In this document: positions 17,787-26,798 of the stretch, piece by piece
How the letters are laid out: each line of letters begins with the position of its first letter
Position numbering within the stretch: position 1 is the first letter of the stretch
Assembly (NCBI GenBank): GCA_039201085.1
Contig: JBCCRV010000002.1
Span: forward strand, 1 to 38,487
Origin: Myxococcota bacterium
GTDB lineage: Bacteria > Myxococcota_A > Polyangia > Polyangiales > Houyiibacteriaceae
DNA: 38,487 nucleotides
Direction of reading: 5' to 3'
Made by a program: the position numbers and the translations under genes
Notes under the pieces: model-generated
Told to the model about the DNA's origin: nothing
The model's input: only the letters and a program-made list of their open reading frames with translations
The model's database searches: none

Positions 17787-19825
17787 GCTACGTCCTTCTG
17801 TGCTTTCTCTTGGCAGCGTGCCGTGAGGCCGCCCCCGCCGAACCGGCGCCTTCGACCTACCGCGCGGCGCCGTGGCCCGCGGTGGCGGCCGCGCCGGTCG
17901 CGGAGCTCGCAACGGAAACGCGGCCGCTGCCGCGCGACATCGCCGCCATGCGTCGCGCGATGAGCGTGGTCATCTCGCCGGACGGACAAAACGTGGCGTA
18001 CCTCGTCCGGGTTCCCTCGCTTGATGCGGACGCGACTCCGGACGGGGATAGCGACCAGAGCGGCGGGTGGACGACGGAGACCCAGCTCTACGTGGTGCCG
18101 CGCAGCGGCGGTGAACCCCGCCAGCTGACCCATGGCAAAGCTTCGGTGAGTTCACCGCACTTCTCCCCGGACGGCACGCAGATCGCTTTCGCCCGCAACC
18201 ACGAGGGCAAGCGCCGAATTCACGTGCTTCCGCTCGGCGGCGGCGAAGCGCGGGTCGTGGATACGGGCGCGTACGAACCCGGCGATTTCACGTGGGCGCC
18301 AGATGGCCAGCACTTTGCATTCACCACCACGCGGCCGCCCACGGACGAAGCGCGGCTCGCACGGTTTCGCTCCGGTGGCGCGCGCCGCTTCGACCGCGAG
18401 TGGCAGCAGCGCCATCTCTTCATCGTCGATGCATCGGGCGGTGAACCGGTGCACGTCAACCAGGGGACCGACTCGATCGTCAGCTTTGCGTGGTCCCCCG
18501 ATGGATCGCAGTTCGCGCTCGTCGTGGCCGATAGCTCCGACCCGTACGAAAGCTGGATGCGCCACCGCGTGAAGATCATTTCGGCGGACGGCGGCGACGA
18601 AGCATCCGTCGCCCAATCGGAAGTCCGCAACGTGGCTCAAGTGGCGTGGTCCCCGGAAGGCACGCACCTCGCGTGGCTTCGAACGAACGAAACGCTGAGC
18701 ATGCTGAACCAACTCGTCGTTTTCGACACGCGCACGCAGGAGACGCAAGACCTAACGACCGACCTCGACGTCTCGATGACCGGGTTCGTCTGGACAAAGA
18801 ACGGCCGCGAGGTCGTGGCCGTCGTGCAGGACAGGACCCGCTCACGGCTTCAGCGCCTCCCGCTTCAAGGTGCGCCGGCCGTTCTCGAGCACGGTGAGCG
18901 CGTCGTCTACGCGAGCGGCTCGGACGCCCAGGGCCAGTACATGGTCGCCATGTCGTCGACGTCCACTTCGCCGTGGGCGCCGAGCGTGATCGACACGCGC
19001 ACGGGCCGCGTCGCCGTACTCGCCGACGTGAATCCGCAGGTGTCCGAATGGACCCTGGCGAGTGTGCGCGTGGTGCAGTGGACGAACGAATCGGGCGATA
19101 CGATCGAAGGCGTGCTCTTCGAAACAAGCGGCGAAGGTCCTCGGCCGCTCATGGTGTTGCCGCACGGCGGTCCCGATTCCGTCACGCAGGAAGCCTTCAG
19201 CAGCTGGGGTCACTACTTTGCCGCCCGCGGCTACTCGGTGCTGCGCCCGAATTATCGCGGAGGGTTTGGCTACGGCAAAACGCTCTACGAAGCGAACCGC
19301 GGCCGGCTGGGCGCGATCGAGCTTGAGGACATCGAGTCCGGCGTCACCCACCTCATCGAAGAGGGCATCGCCGACCCCGATCAGCTTTACTACGGCGGCT
19401 GGTCTTGGGGCGGCTACCTAAGCGCTTGGACGCTCACCCACTCGGGCGAGCGCTACCGCGCGTTCGTGGTGGGTGCCGGCATCACGGACACGGTCGTTCA
19501 ATACGTGACGAGCGACATCAATCACGGCGAGGTTGCCGACTGGGAGTTTCGCGGCCGCCCCTGGCGGCAGCCGGAAACGTACGCCCGAACGAACCCGGCG
19601 CTTCACTTTCAAAACGCGACGCAGCCCACGCTCATCCTGCACGGCGAACGGGACCGCCGCGTCGACTTCGTGCAGGGCCAGCTGCTCTACCGCGCCCTTG
19701 AAGACGCGGAGTGCGAAGTGGAGTTCTTCGCGTACCCGCGCGAGCCGCACGGCTTCCGCGAGCCGGCCCACATCGAGCACTCGCTCCTGCAGTGGGCCGC
19801 CTGGTACGATCGTCACCGGGACTAG
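17771..19825 (+). CDS. S9 family serine peptidase (acylaminoacyl-peptidase / prolyl oligopeptidase-like) lipoprotein
   Basis: Lipobox LLAAC within MRYVLLCFLLAACREA. An N-terminal propeller region is followed by the catalytic domain, with GGWSWGGYLS (GxSxGG nucleophile) and later D and H (HGERDRRV, EPHGF). The start is ambiguous (17756, 17771 or 17783); 17771 has the best spacing from the SD. Confidence 0.88.
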   Translation: MVPPMRYVLLCFLLAACREAAPAEPAPSTYRAAPWPAVAAAPVAELATETRPLPRDIAAMRRAMSVVISPDGQNVAYLVRVPSLDADATPDGDSDQSGGWTTETQLYVVPRSGGEPRQLTHGKASVSSPHFSPDGTQIAFARNHEGKRRIHVLPLGGGEARVVDTGAYEPGDFTWAPDGQHFAFTTTRPPTDEARLARFRSGGARRFDREWQQRHLFIVDASGGEPVHVNQGTDSIVSFAWSPDGSQFALVVADSSDPYESWMRHRVKIISADGGDEASVAQSEVRNVAQVAWSPEGTHLAWLRTNETLSMLNQLVVFDTRTQETQDLTTDLDVSMTGFVWTKNGREVVAVVQDRTRSRLQRLPLQGAPAVLEHGERVVYASGSDAQGQYMVAMSSTSTSPWAPSVIDTRTGRVAVLADVNPQVSEWTLASVRVVQWTNESGDTIEGVLFETSGEGPRPLMVLPHGGPDSVTQEAFSSWGHYFAARGYSVLRPNYRGGFGYGKTLYEANRGRLGAIELEDIESGVTHLIEEGIADPDQLYYGGWSWGGYLSAWTLTHSGERYRAFVVGAGITDTVVQYVTSDINHGEVADWEFRGRPWRQPETYARTNPALHFQNATQPTLILHGERDRRVDFVQGQLLYRALEDAECEVEFFAYPREPHGFREPAHIEHSLLQWAAWYDRHRD

Positions 19826-20060
19826 ACCGCCTTCATCTTGAACTGAGCCTGCTTCGCCCACCCTGTCGCCCGATGTCTGCGTCACGCCTCCCTGAAATGC
19901 TCCTACATTCCTGCGTCGTTGTTCCTTGTCCTCGAACAACAGGACGAACGCCGCACCTACGCGATCAAGCGACTGTGCTCACCAAGCGACATGTATGCTT
20001 CAGGCGCGCGTTGCGCAATGAGCTGCATGTAGTTCGGGACCGCGTACGGAAGCGAAGCGA

Positions 20061-20597
20061 TCAAACGCGGCAGACGCCTCGCCCGAAGCGGAGCATAGAT
20101 GAACGCACCAAAGAGCAAGAAGGCGGCCGCGGAAGCACAGCGATGCTGAATCGAATCGGCAGCTGCGCAACACCGGCGGCGTAGGTCGTCATCGCAAACA
20201 CCGGCAGCGCGAGCAACAACGTTCCCGGCGCGAAAAGAAACCCGAAGGCGGACGCACTGCGCACGATCCGTCGCCGGCGCTCCCGCTCCTGCGCGCGATC
20301 CTTCGCTGCTTCGGACCGGACGCGCTCCTCGGCTTCCTTCGCTCCCTTCGCCTCGAGCTCCTCGGCCATGCGGCCCGCATCGATGCGTAGCTGCGCAAGG
20401 GAGGCGTTGGGGTCCGCCGTTCCCGAAGGCTCCGCTGCGCCGCCTTCATCCGTTGCCCGACGCGCGGCCAGCTCGCGTTCCTTCTCAGCGAGCGCTTCCT
20501 TGGCCTCCGCCAGCTCCCGCTCGAGCGCCTCCGCCCGAAGCAGCGCCGCCTGATGACCGTCCCGATGAGCCACACCCCATTCTACGACGCGCCCCAT
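20061..20597 (-). CDS. hypothetical coiled-coil protein with C-terminal hydrophobic segment
   Basis: ATG at 20597; the ORF's listed start at 20630 is a TTG. Charged heptad-like region ALERELAEAKEALAEKERELAA...AEELEAKGAKEAEERVRSEAAKDRAQERERRRR, then FGFLFAPGTLLLALPVFAM. Confidence 0.4.
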   Translation of the reverse strand: MGRVVEWGVAHRDGHQAALLRAEALERELAEAKEALAEKERELAARRATDEGGAAEPSGTADPNASLAQLRIDAGRMAEELEAKGAKEAEERVRSEAAKDRAQERERRRRIVRSASAFGFLFAPGTLLLALPVFAMTTYAAGVAQLPIRFSIAVLPRPPSCSLVRSSMLRFGRGVCRV

Positions 20598-20736
20598 CCC
20601 ACGCCAACGACGCCCCTCGCTCTTCGACAACCACGTTGGTCGAGCATCGCCCGACGCTTGTCACGCAACCTAGCGCTACGACGTGCTCAATGCCCGACGT
20701 TTGACGTTTGACGCCGACGCAGCAACGCAATGGCGA

Positions 20737-21081
20737 TCATGCACCCGCCAGCGGGTTCGCCCGCCTGGGACGTCCGTTCCCACGTCGGCGAAACGCGTAC
20801 GCCACGAGGGCAAACGAACCGAGGATGCAAAGCGCGGCAAGGCCGAAGGCCTCGTTGCGCATGTCTACCGTGGCAGCGATGTGTGCCGCGTCCTCAAGGG
20901 CTTGGTCGAAACCCGCGGCGCTCGTGGGCGCTTCCGTGCTCTGCGTCATATGGTCGAGCACGCGCTGACGGATGAAACCGTCGTTCGCGAGCATTGCCCC
21001 GGCGATGGCAAGCACTCCAGCAATGAGGAGGGGCGCCATGTTGTGGGCACCGAGTTTCCAGCGGCTTGTCGTATCGGTCAT
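20737..21081 (-). CDS. small two-TM membrane protein
   Basis: ATG at 21081 (MTDTTSRWKL...). TM segments APLLIAGVLAIAGAML and FGLAALCILGSFALVAYAF. The longer ORF extension upstream looks non-coding. Confidence 0.35.
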   Translation of the reverse strand: MTDTTSRWKLGAHNMAPLLIAGVLAIAGAMLANDGFIRQRVLDHMTQSTEAPTSAAGFDQALEDAAHIAATVDMRNEAFGLAALCILGSFALVAYAFRRRGNGRPRRANPLAGA

Positions 21082-21447
21082 GTTCCAACGGCTCCTTGGC
21101 AAAGCACGAAGCAGGAAGCGCCGTGCTGGGCAGTCATCACTGCTCCTTGGTGGCCCTCCTGAAAAGCACGGGACGTGCCAGCGCCGAAAAGGCGAACATC
21201 GAGCGTTTGCGGCTGCTTTTTGGCGAGACTCCAAAGGGCAGTCTCAGTGACAGTGGGGGCGGTATCGCGAGACAGCGCCCCGTTCTGCGTCCTGCTGCGG
21301 CCAACGGCGAACGACGCTGGCGCACGCCCCCATCGTCATTCGGCTGCGCACTCAGGACGGTGAAGGACCTCCGGGCAACCGCTCGGACACGCACTCAGGA
21401 CGTCGTGAAGCACTCGATATTGGGACGTCGACAGACATCGCGCGTTT

Positions 21448-22281
21448 CTACGCGCCAAATGCGCCGCACGCCTCTGCGGTGGCCTCGTCGCTCGGAAACC
21501 ACGTTTCAATGCGAAGTTCGTCCAGGCGCACCGTTTGCGGCGCCTGGAGCGCCGTGACCATTGTCAAGAAGCGAAGGTCCAGCTCGCCGATGCGTAGATG
21601 AACCCCGATCGCTGGCGAGGAAGGAACGCTGAGATCCACTTTGCGCCACCGTTCGTCCACGTTTGGCATCGCGCTGACCTCTTCCATCAGCGCCCGGAGC
21701 GGCGCGTCGTTCGGGTCCGCGAGCACTTCCCGCTGAAGTCGCCAAAGCACCGCCGGACCGAGCTCGTCGAAGTTGCAGAACGCAGGCCGAAGACGCTCGT
21801 CGAAGGTCAGCCGAAGGAGGTTCCAGGGCGGCGGAATGGCCGCAGTGAGACTGCCCAGCAGGGCCGCAAAGAGCGCCTGTGCGCCGCCGTTAAGGTCGAC
21901 CACGTCGTAGAGCCGGTCGACCACCACAAGCGGAAAGGGCTCATGATGGTCCTTCATCATCTGCAGGGCCTGCGCCACTTCGGGCGCGAGCGGACCGTTC
22001 GACTCTGGGTAGACGGCTTCGCACCCGACGGAGCGAAGCATCGCATTCGCGTGCCGAAGGGGCACGTCGAGCGTGGTCGCCAGACGTAAGATCATCTCCG
22101 CACTGGGCACGGAGCGACCCGTCTCGAGGAAGCTCACGTGCCGCGCCGACACATCCGCCGCCATCGCAAGATCCAGCTGGCTCAGGCCGCGCTGCGCGCG
22201 CCAGTGCTTGAGCAAGGCGGGAAAAAGCCCGGAGATGTGGTCGGAAGCAGCCATGTTCACGAACGCTACGGCGGCGGACAT
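21448..22281 (-). CDS. XRE-family HTH transcriptional regulator with MmyB-like C-terminal domain
   Basis: HTH region LLKHWRAQRGLSQLDLAMAADVSARHVSFLETGRSVPSAEMILRLATTLDVPLRHANAML. The roughly 190-aa C-terminal domain is typical of this family. ATG at 22281 or 22254. The ORF's longer 5' extension overlaps the divergent gene and is rejected. Confidence 0.75.
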   Translation of the reverse strand: MSAAVAFVNMAASDHISGLFPALLKHWRAQRGLSQLDLAMAADVSARHVSFLETGRSVPSAEMILRLATTLDVPLRHANAMLRSVGCEAVYPESNGPLAPEVAQALQMMKDHHEPFPLVVVDRLYDVVDLNGGAQALFAALLGSLTAAIPPPWNLLRLTFDERLRPAFCNFDELGPAVLWRLQREVLADPNDAPLRALMEEVSAMPNVDERWRKVDLSVPSSPAIGVHLRIGELDLRFLTMVTALQAPQTVRLDELRIETWFPSDEATAEACGAFGA

Positions 22282-22359
22282 CCGACTGTCACCTACCTCC
22301 CGAGGTAGTTGATGTTGGCGCTCGGAGCGCTTGATCGTAGCCAACCCCAGGAGGTCACG

Positions 22360-23271
22360 ATGCGCATTCGAAACGATGTCGAAGCCAGTCAGCTCTTTCG
22401 CCAAACCCCTCAACGCTTGCTCGATGTGGGACCGGGAGCGGTCGCCTACCGCAAGGTCGGACAAGGCCCGGACGTGCTCTTCGTTCACGGTTGGCCCGTG
22501 ACGAGCGCAACGTGGCGTCGTCTCTTGCCGCACCTGACGCCCCACGTCACCTGCCACCTCATCGACTTGGTGGGCGCTGGCGACAGCCAATTCTCCCGCG
22601 ACACCCGGATCGATCTGAAGCTGCACGTCGAAAGCGTTCGACGCGTCCTCGACGTCCTCGCTTTGAGCAGTGTCGCTGCCGTAGGCCACGACAGCGGGGG
22701 CTTGATCGCGCGGCATGCGCTCGCCGGCGACGCGAGGCTGCGGAGCATGGGGCTCGTAAACACGGAGCAGCCGCAGGGCTTGACCTGGCGGTTTCGACAG
22801 TTCCTATGGATGGCGAAGCTGCCCGGCTTCGCCAGCCTTCTTTCGTGGGCAGCGATGAAGCCCACGCTGCGACGCAACCCCTACCTACTCGGAGATTGCT
22901 TTCACGATCGCGCCCGTCTCGACGGCGAGTTCGAGGAGTTCTTTCTTTCGCCCCTGCGAGAAGACTCCGAGCGCCGTTGGGCGGCCGGTGTACTCGGCCG
23001 GACCTTTGATCCGGCCTACGTTCACGCGCTCGCAGACGTGCACGCGCGAATTCACGTTCCCGTCCAGCTCGTCTGGGGCGAAGGCGACCCGTTCTTCCCT
23101 GTAGCGAGGGCAAAGGCAATGTGCGCGACCTTCTCAAACGGCTCGCTCGAGGTGATTTCGGACGCGAAGCTTTTCGTTCACGAAGAACGGCCCGAAGCCG
23201 TGGCGAAGGCGCTTCTTCCAGCGCTGCTCGGCAAGCAGCGTATACACGGGCAGCGGACGCACGCGGGCTAG
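22360..23271 (+). CDS. alpha/beta hydrolase of the Asp-nucleophile type (epoxide hydrolase / dehalogenase-like)
   Basis: ATG at 22360 is preceded by AGGAGG (22348-22353). HGWP oxyanion motif (FVHGWPVTSATW) and GHDSGG nucleophile elbow with Asp at the nucleophile position. Confidence 0.8.
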   Translation: MRIRNDVEASQLFRQTPQRLLDVGPGAVAYRKVGQGPDVLFVHGWPVTSATWRRLLPHLTPHVTCHLIDLVGAGDSQFSRDTRIDLKLHVESVRRVLDVLALSSVAAVGHDSGGLIARHALAGDARLRSMGLVNTEQPQGLTWRFRQFLWMAKLPGFASLLSWAAMKPTLRRNPYLLGDCFHDRARLDGEFEEFFLSPLREDSERRWAAGVLGRTFDPAYVHALADVHARIHVPVQLVWGEGDPFFPVARAKAMCATFSNGSLEVISDAKLFVHEERPEAVAKALLPALLGKQRIHGQRTHAG

Positions 23272-23447
23272 CCGACGATGCTTCCGGGCGATGCTTCCGG
23301 GCGAAGGCGCCCATCCAAGCGCGTCGTTCGCAGGGCCCATAAACGCGACGTTCTGGCATGTGGGGCGAGGTGGTTACGGGTTGCCATGGGGTAACTTGGC
23401 CACCCTTCACTTGAAGGCGCCCTCGCGTTCTGCCGTTGTGTAGAGCG

Positions 23448-24731
23448 ATGGTTGCGCCGATTTACAGTCGAACCGTGTTGGTGCACGGCCTCGTTGCCTC
23501 CCTTTGGCTCGCTGGGTGCGCCAAGTCCCGATCGTCTGAGGACGCCGCCGTCGAAGACGCACGCGCGATGGACGCCGCCGGCGACGCAAGCACGGTGGAC
23601 TCGGCCATAGCGCCGGACGCCACCCTGGCCGACACGGCGACGATGGACGCATTCCCCGCGGATAGCACCTTGCTCGAAGACGCAGAGGCGATCGATGCGC
23701 CGCCGGACATCGCGCCCGTCGACGAGGGCATGCCCCCTTCCGGCTTCAACCGGGTGTTCGTGAGCTCGCAGACCTTTGCGATGAACCTGGGTGGCGTCGC
23801 TCCGTACGACGCCGCCTGCAACGACTTAGCGCGGGCCGCGGGGCTGGAAGACGAAAGCGAGTCCAACTTCATCGCGTGGATGAGCGACCGATCGAGCAGC
23901 GCCGCGAGCCGCCTTGGCGAAGCGCGCGGGTTCGTTCGCGTCAACGGCGAAGCCTTTGCCGACGAGCTTCTAGCCAGCGAAGTGTTTCGCGCCGTGCTCC
24001 TGGACGAAAGCGGCGCGAGCGTTCCCCTCGAGGAAGTGGTTGCTACCGGAACAAACCCGGACGGCACATCCTCGACGGGGACAACGGGAAACTGCGACAA
24101 CTGGAGCGATCTCAGCCTCAGCTCTGCCGCAACGACGGGTCGGGCGGATGGCGGGTCGCGCGCCTGGACCAGCCGAGGCCGTTCAACGTGTTCTATCGCG
24201 AGACGCATCTACTGCCTCGAAAACGTGCACGTTCGCGAGCTTGTGCCGGAGCGAGAAACGGGGCGCTTGATCTACCTCACGAACGAGGACTTCGACCCGG
24301 GCGGATCCCTCTCGCCCGCGGAAGCGTGCGACGCCAGCAAACCCGACGGTGCCGGCGACGTTGCCTCGCTCCTCGCCACCACGGCCGCGGCCGCAAGCAA
24401 CGTCTTGGCCGATGCCGTGACCTACGTGCGACCCGACGGGATCGCTGTTGGCACCGGAGCGCAGCTTCGAGCAGGCGAATGGCAAACGGGTGCATGGCAG
24501 GAAGGCAACGGCGCCTATACAAACGAACTGCGACGCGTCTGGACCGGTAGCGAGCGCATCGACCTACCCGCAGACGCGGCGTGCGAAGACTGGACGACGG
24601 ACTCGCGGGAAATCCGCGGGAGCTACGGGTTCCCCGACTCCCCCGTGAACGGCGCCTTCTGGACCCTTCAAACGCGTCGCTGCGTTTCGTCTCAGGACCT
24701 CCGCCTCTACTGCGTTGAAACCTCCGACTAG
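23448..24731 (+). CDS. lipoprotein with two tandem endostatin-like / DUF1554-like (C-type-lectin-fold) modules
   Basis: ATG at 23448; the ORF's listed start is a TTG. Lipobox WLAGC, then an acidic linker. Module 1 runs NRVFVSSQTFAMNLGG...ACNDLA...FIAWMSD...CDNWS...STCSIARRIYCLEN. Module 2 runs GRLIYLTNEDF...ACDAS...RRVWTGSERIDL...ACEDWTT...RRCVSSQDLRLYCVETSD. Confidence 0.75.
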   Translation: MVAPIYSRTVLVHGLVASLWLAGCAKSRSSEDAAVEDARAMDAAGDASTVDSAIAPDATLADTATMDAFPADSTLLEDAEAIDAPPDIAPVDEGMPPSGFNRVFVSSQTFAMNLGGVAPYDAACNDLARAAGLEDESESNFIAWMSDRSSSAASRLGEARGFVRVNGEAFADELLASEVFRAVLLDESGASVPLEEVVATGTNPDGTSSTGTTGNCDNWSDLSLSSAATTGRADGGSRAWTSRGRSTCSIARRIYCLENVHVRELVPERETGRLIYLTNEDFDPGGSLSPAEACDASKPDGAGDVASLLATTAAAASNVLADAVTYVRPDGIAVGTGAQLRAGEWQTGAWQEGNGAYTNELRRVWTGSERIDLPADAACEDWTTDSREIRGSYGFPDSPVNGAFWTLQTRRCVSSQDLRLYCVETSD

Positions 24732-24785
24732 CGGCGAGGGGGCCAGTCGTGTCTTGAGGTGTCTTGAGGGATAAAGCCCGAAAGC

Positions 24786-26798
24786 CTAAGGCACTTCCAC
24801 TGGGCCGATGTCGGCATCCCCATCCCGCAGCTGCAGGTACGTGTCGTAGAGTACGGAAACCGTGACGAGGGGAGCGCTTGCGTCGATCAACACGCTATCC
24901 GATTCGATCGCGATCTGTGCTCCGCTGCGTGCGATTCCCGGATCGACGGTGACGGCACCGGTATCCCAGCTTGGTACGCCCGAGGTTGTGCCGACTTCGC
25001 TGAACCACACGTTGTTTGTCCCAACCATCGGCCCCGTGTTGTCTTCGCGTACGTAGTCCATCCCATGCGTATCGAGGCAGATGTTGTTGCTGAACGTCAC
25101 CGAACCGTTCGCGTCATGGATCAAGCATGACTGGCCGCGACGGGGGATGTTCGCGGCGTTCCATCCGTAGATGAGGTTGTTGGTGATGTAGAATTCGCTC
25201 CCCGGCATCCCATTCGTCAAAATGATGCCGTTGTTCTGCACGTTGGTGGACGTGGAGGGATCGCGGTTATCCCAATCTGCGGGCAGACCGGTGTTCATCA
25301 GAATGTTGTTGTAGATGTAGAAGTCGTTGCCCCAGCCGCAGCTGCCACCGACGGAAATCCCGGCGCCACCTTGGTCCGTGATCACGTTGTCGTGAATCTC
25401 GACGACGCCGTTCACGTTGCCGCAAATGCCTCGCTCGTCGCTGTTGTTCGGGTCCTTGTCCCAGTTGTGAATGCCCAGCGTCGCTTCGTTGTTGTGCAGG
25501 TAGTTCCACCCCCATTCCCACGCGTCCACGGTCGGATCGCTTTCGGAGCGGATCGTGACGTACGTGGTGTGGTGCAGGGCTGAACTTCCTGCGCAGCCAT
25601 AGTCGAAGATCTCGTTACCGAACAGCTTGAGACCGCTCACGCCGGTGCCCGCACCGTCCAGTTGGCTGCTGCCAACGATCGCGCCCTGAAAGCGGCTTGA
25701 GCAGCTGCCTTCCATCTCCGTGAATGCGTTGCCCACGATTCGACCAAAGTCGCTCGTGGACACGCCAAAGGTCGCGCCTCCGCTAATCGACTCGCCCAGA
25801 CTGTCGTTCGCAGCCAGGCGATGGCTCGACGTGAAAAAGGAAAGCTTGGACGCCACAACGGCAGTCGTGCGAAAAACATAGAGCCCCCTTCGACCGGTCA
25901 GCGTCGCACGAGCGTTCGGGTAGCTAACGAGGGCGATTTGATTGTCCGCCGTACTGCTGGATTCGGAGTGAGACGCCCGAACCGCATCGCCATCGTTCCG
26001 GCCTCCATCGCTCGTGTCGCGGGCGTAGAGAAGGCTTCCCGGTTCTGGTCGCTCGTCGTCGATCGCGTGGTTGAGGGTCTGCCAAGGGTTGGCCCACGAT
26101 CCGTCGCCGCTGCTGTCGCTGCCGCTGCCCGCCACATGATAGATGGCGCCCTCGCGCACCGTGAACGGCAGCCCGTTGCTGCGCACGCCGTCCACCTCGA
26201 CGCGAATCGTTCCCTCACCCACCGCCGAATCGGGAATCGAAAGGGCGACCTCCTGAAAGCGATGGGACGAATGCAAATCTGCCGGTCCGCCCGGCAGCGC
26301 GCCGTCCGCGTTCTTCCAGTAGTAGATCACGGCCCGGCGCTCGACGCCTTCACTGTCCGTGAAGTACGCAGCGCTATCGGCTTCCGTCGCGCCGAGGTTG
26401 GCCCCCCAGAGCGTGACGATCGCACCGCTACCGACCCCATCGCCCAAGCCCGTATCCGGTCCGTTGACCAGGTCACTGAACGCAAGGGTGGGATCGCCCG
26501 CCGCCCCAGGAAGCGGCCCATCGGCGTCGCCGCCCAAGTCCGGAATGCGGTCGTCCAAGACCCCGCGATCGGGAACGCGGCCATCGACGGCGCCCTCATC
26601 GGGAACGTCGCCGTCCGGCATGGCGCTGTCCGGTACGGCACCGTCCGGCAGCGCGCTTCCATCGGGCAGTGCGATTCGCCCGTCGGGCGCGCCGCCGCCG
26701 CCATCGCCCGTCGGGCCAGCGTCACCGGCGCTGGCCTCCCCGTCGTCGCAGGCGGCAAAGGAGAGGAGCAAACATGCAAACAGGATTCGAACGGTCAT
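24786..26798 (-). CDS. right-handed parallel beta-helix repeat lipoprotein (pectate-lyase-fold), with periodic PDG-type linker and an Ig-like segment
   Basis: Lipobox SFAAC. Linker is ALPDGSALPDGAVPDSAMPDGDVPDEGAVDGRVPDRGVLDDRIPD. PbH1-like turns: IHDNVITDQGGAGISVGG, IYNNILMNTG, ITNNLIYGWN, FSNNICLDTHG. Confidence 0.8.
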   Translation of the reverse strand: MTVRILFACLLLSFAACDDGEASAGDAGPTGDGGGGAPDGRIALPDGSALPDGAVPDSAMPDGDVPDEGAVDGRVPDRGVLDDRIPDLGGDADGPLPGAAGDPTLAFSDLVNGPDTGLGDGVGSGAIVTLWGANLGATEADSAAYFTDSEGVERRAVIYYWKNADGALPGGPADLHSSHRFQEVALSIPDSAVGEGTIRVEVDGVRSNGLPFTVREGAIYHVAGSGSDSSGDGSWANPWQTLNHAIDDERPEPGSLLYARDTSDGGRNDGDAVRASHSESSSTADNQIALVSYPNARATLTGRRGLYVFRTTAVVASKLSFFTSSHRLAANDSLGESISGGATFGVSTSDFGRIVGNAFTEMEGSCSSRFQGAIVGSSQLDGAGTGVSGLKLFGNEIFDYGCAGSSALHHTTYVTIRSESDPTVDAWEWGWNYLHNNEATLGIHNWDKDPNNSDERGICGNVNGVVEIHDNVITDQGGAGISVGGSCGWGNDFYIYNNILMNTGLPADWDNRDPSTSTNVQNNGIILTNGMPGSEFYITNNLIYGWNAANIPRRGQSCLIHDANGSVTFSNNICLDTHGMDYVREDNTGPMVGTNNVWFSEVGTTSGVPSWDTGAVTVDPGIARSGAQIAIESDSVLIDASAPLVTVSVLYDTYLQLRDGDADIGPVEVP

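Noticed and set aside
16394-19825. Idea that the S9 (prolyl-oligopeptidase-like) peptidase marks a RiPP cluster
   Set aside because: I saw no short precursor-like ORF, cyclase, radical-SAM or transporter gene nearby. The peptidase itself has a lipoprotein signal, which fits an extracytoplasmic degradative role.
19918-19940. Hairpin GTTGTTC-N9-GAACAAC about 90 nt downstream of the S9 peptidase stop, as a possible terminator
   Set aside because: The stem is only 7 bp with no following T-tract. This is within chance expectation for a window of this size.
22282-22716. 5' extension of the MmyB-like regulator ORF to 422 aa
   Set aside because: The extension overlaps the divergent hydrolase gene and contains no HTH-upstream homology. 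The ATG at 22281 or 22254 gives the usual ~270-aa regulator length.
23277-23302. 13-bp perfect tandem duplicate GATGCTTCCGGGC x2 just after the hydrolase stop, and a 10-bp duplicate TGTCTTGAGG x2 at 24750-24769
   Set aside because: They are real in the sequence, but they are only two copies in short convergent or 3' spacers. They are most simply slippage scars, with no evidence of function.
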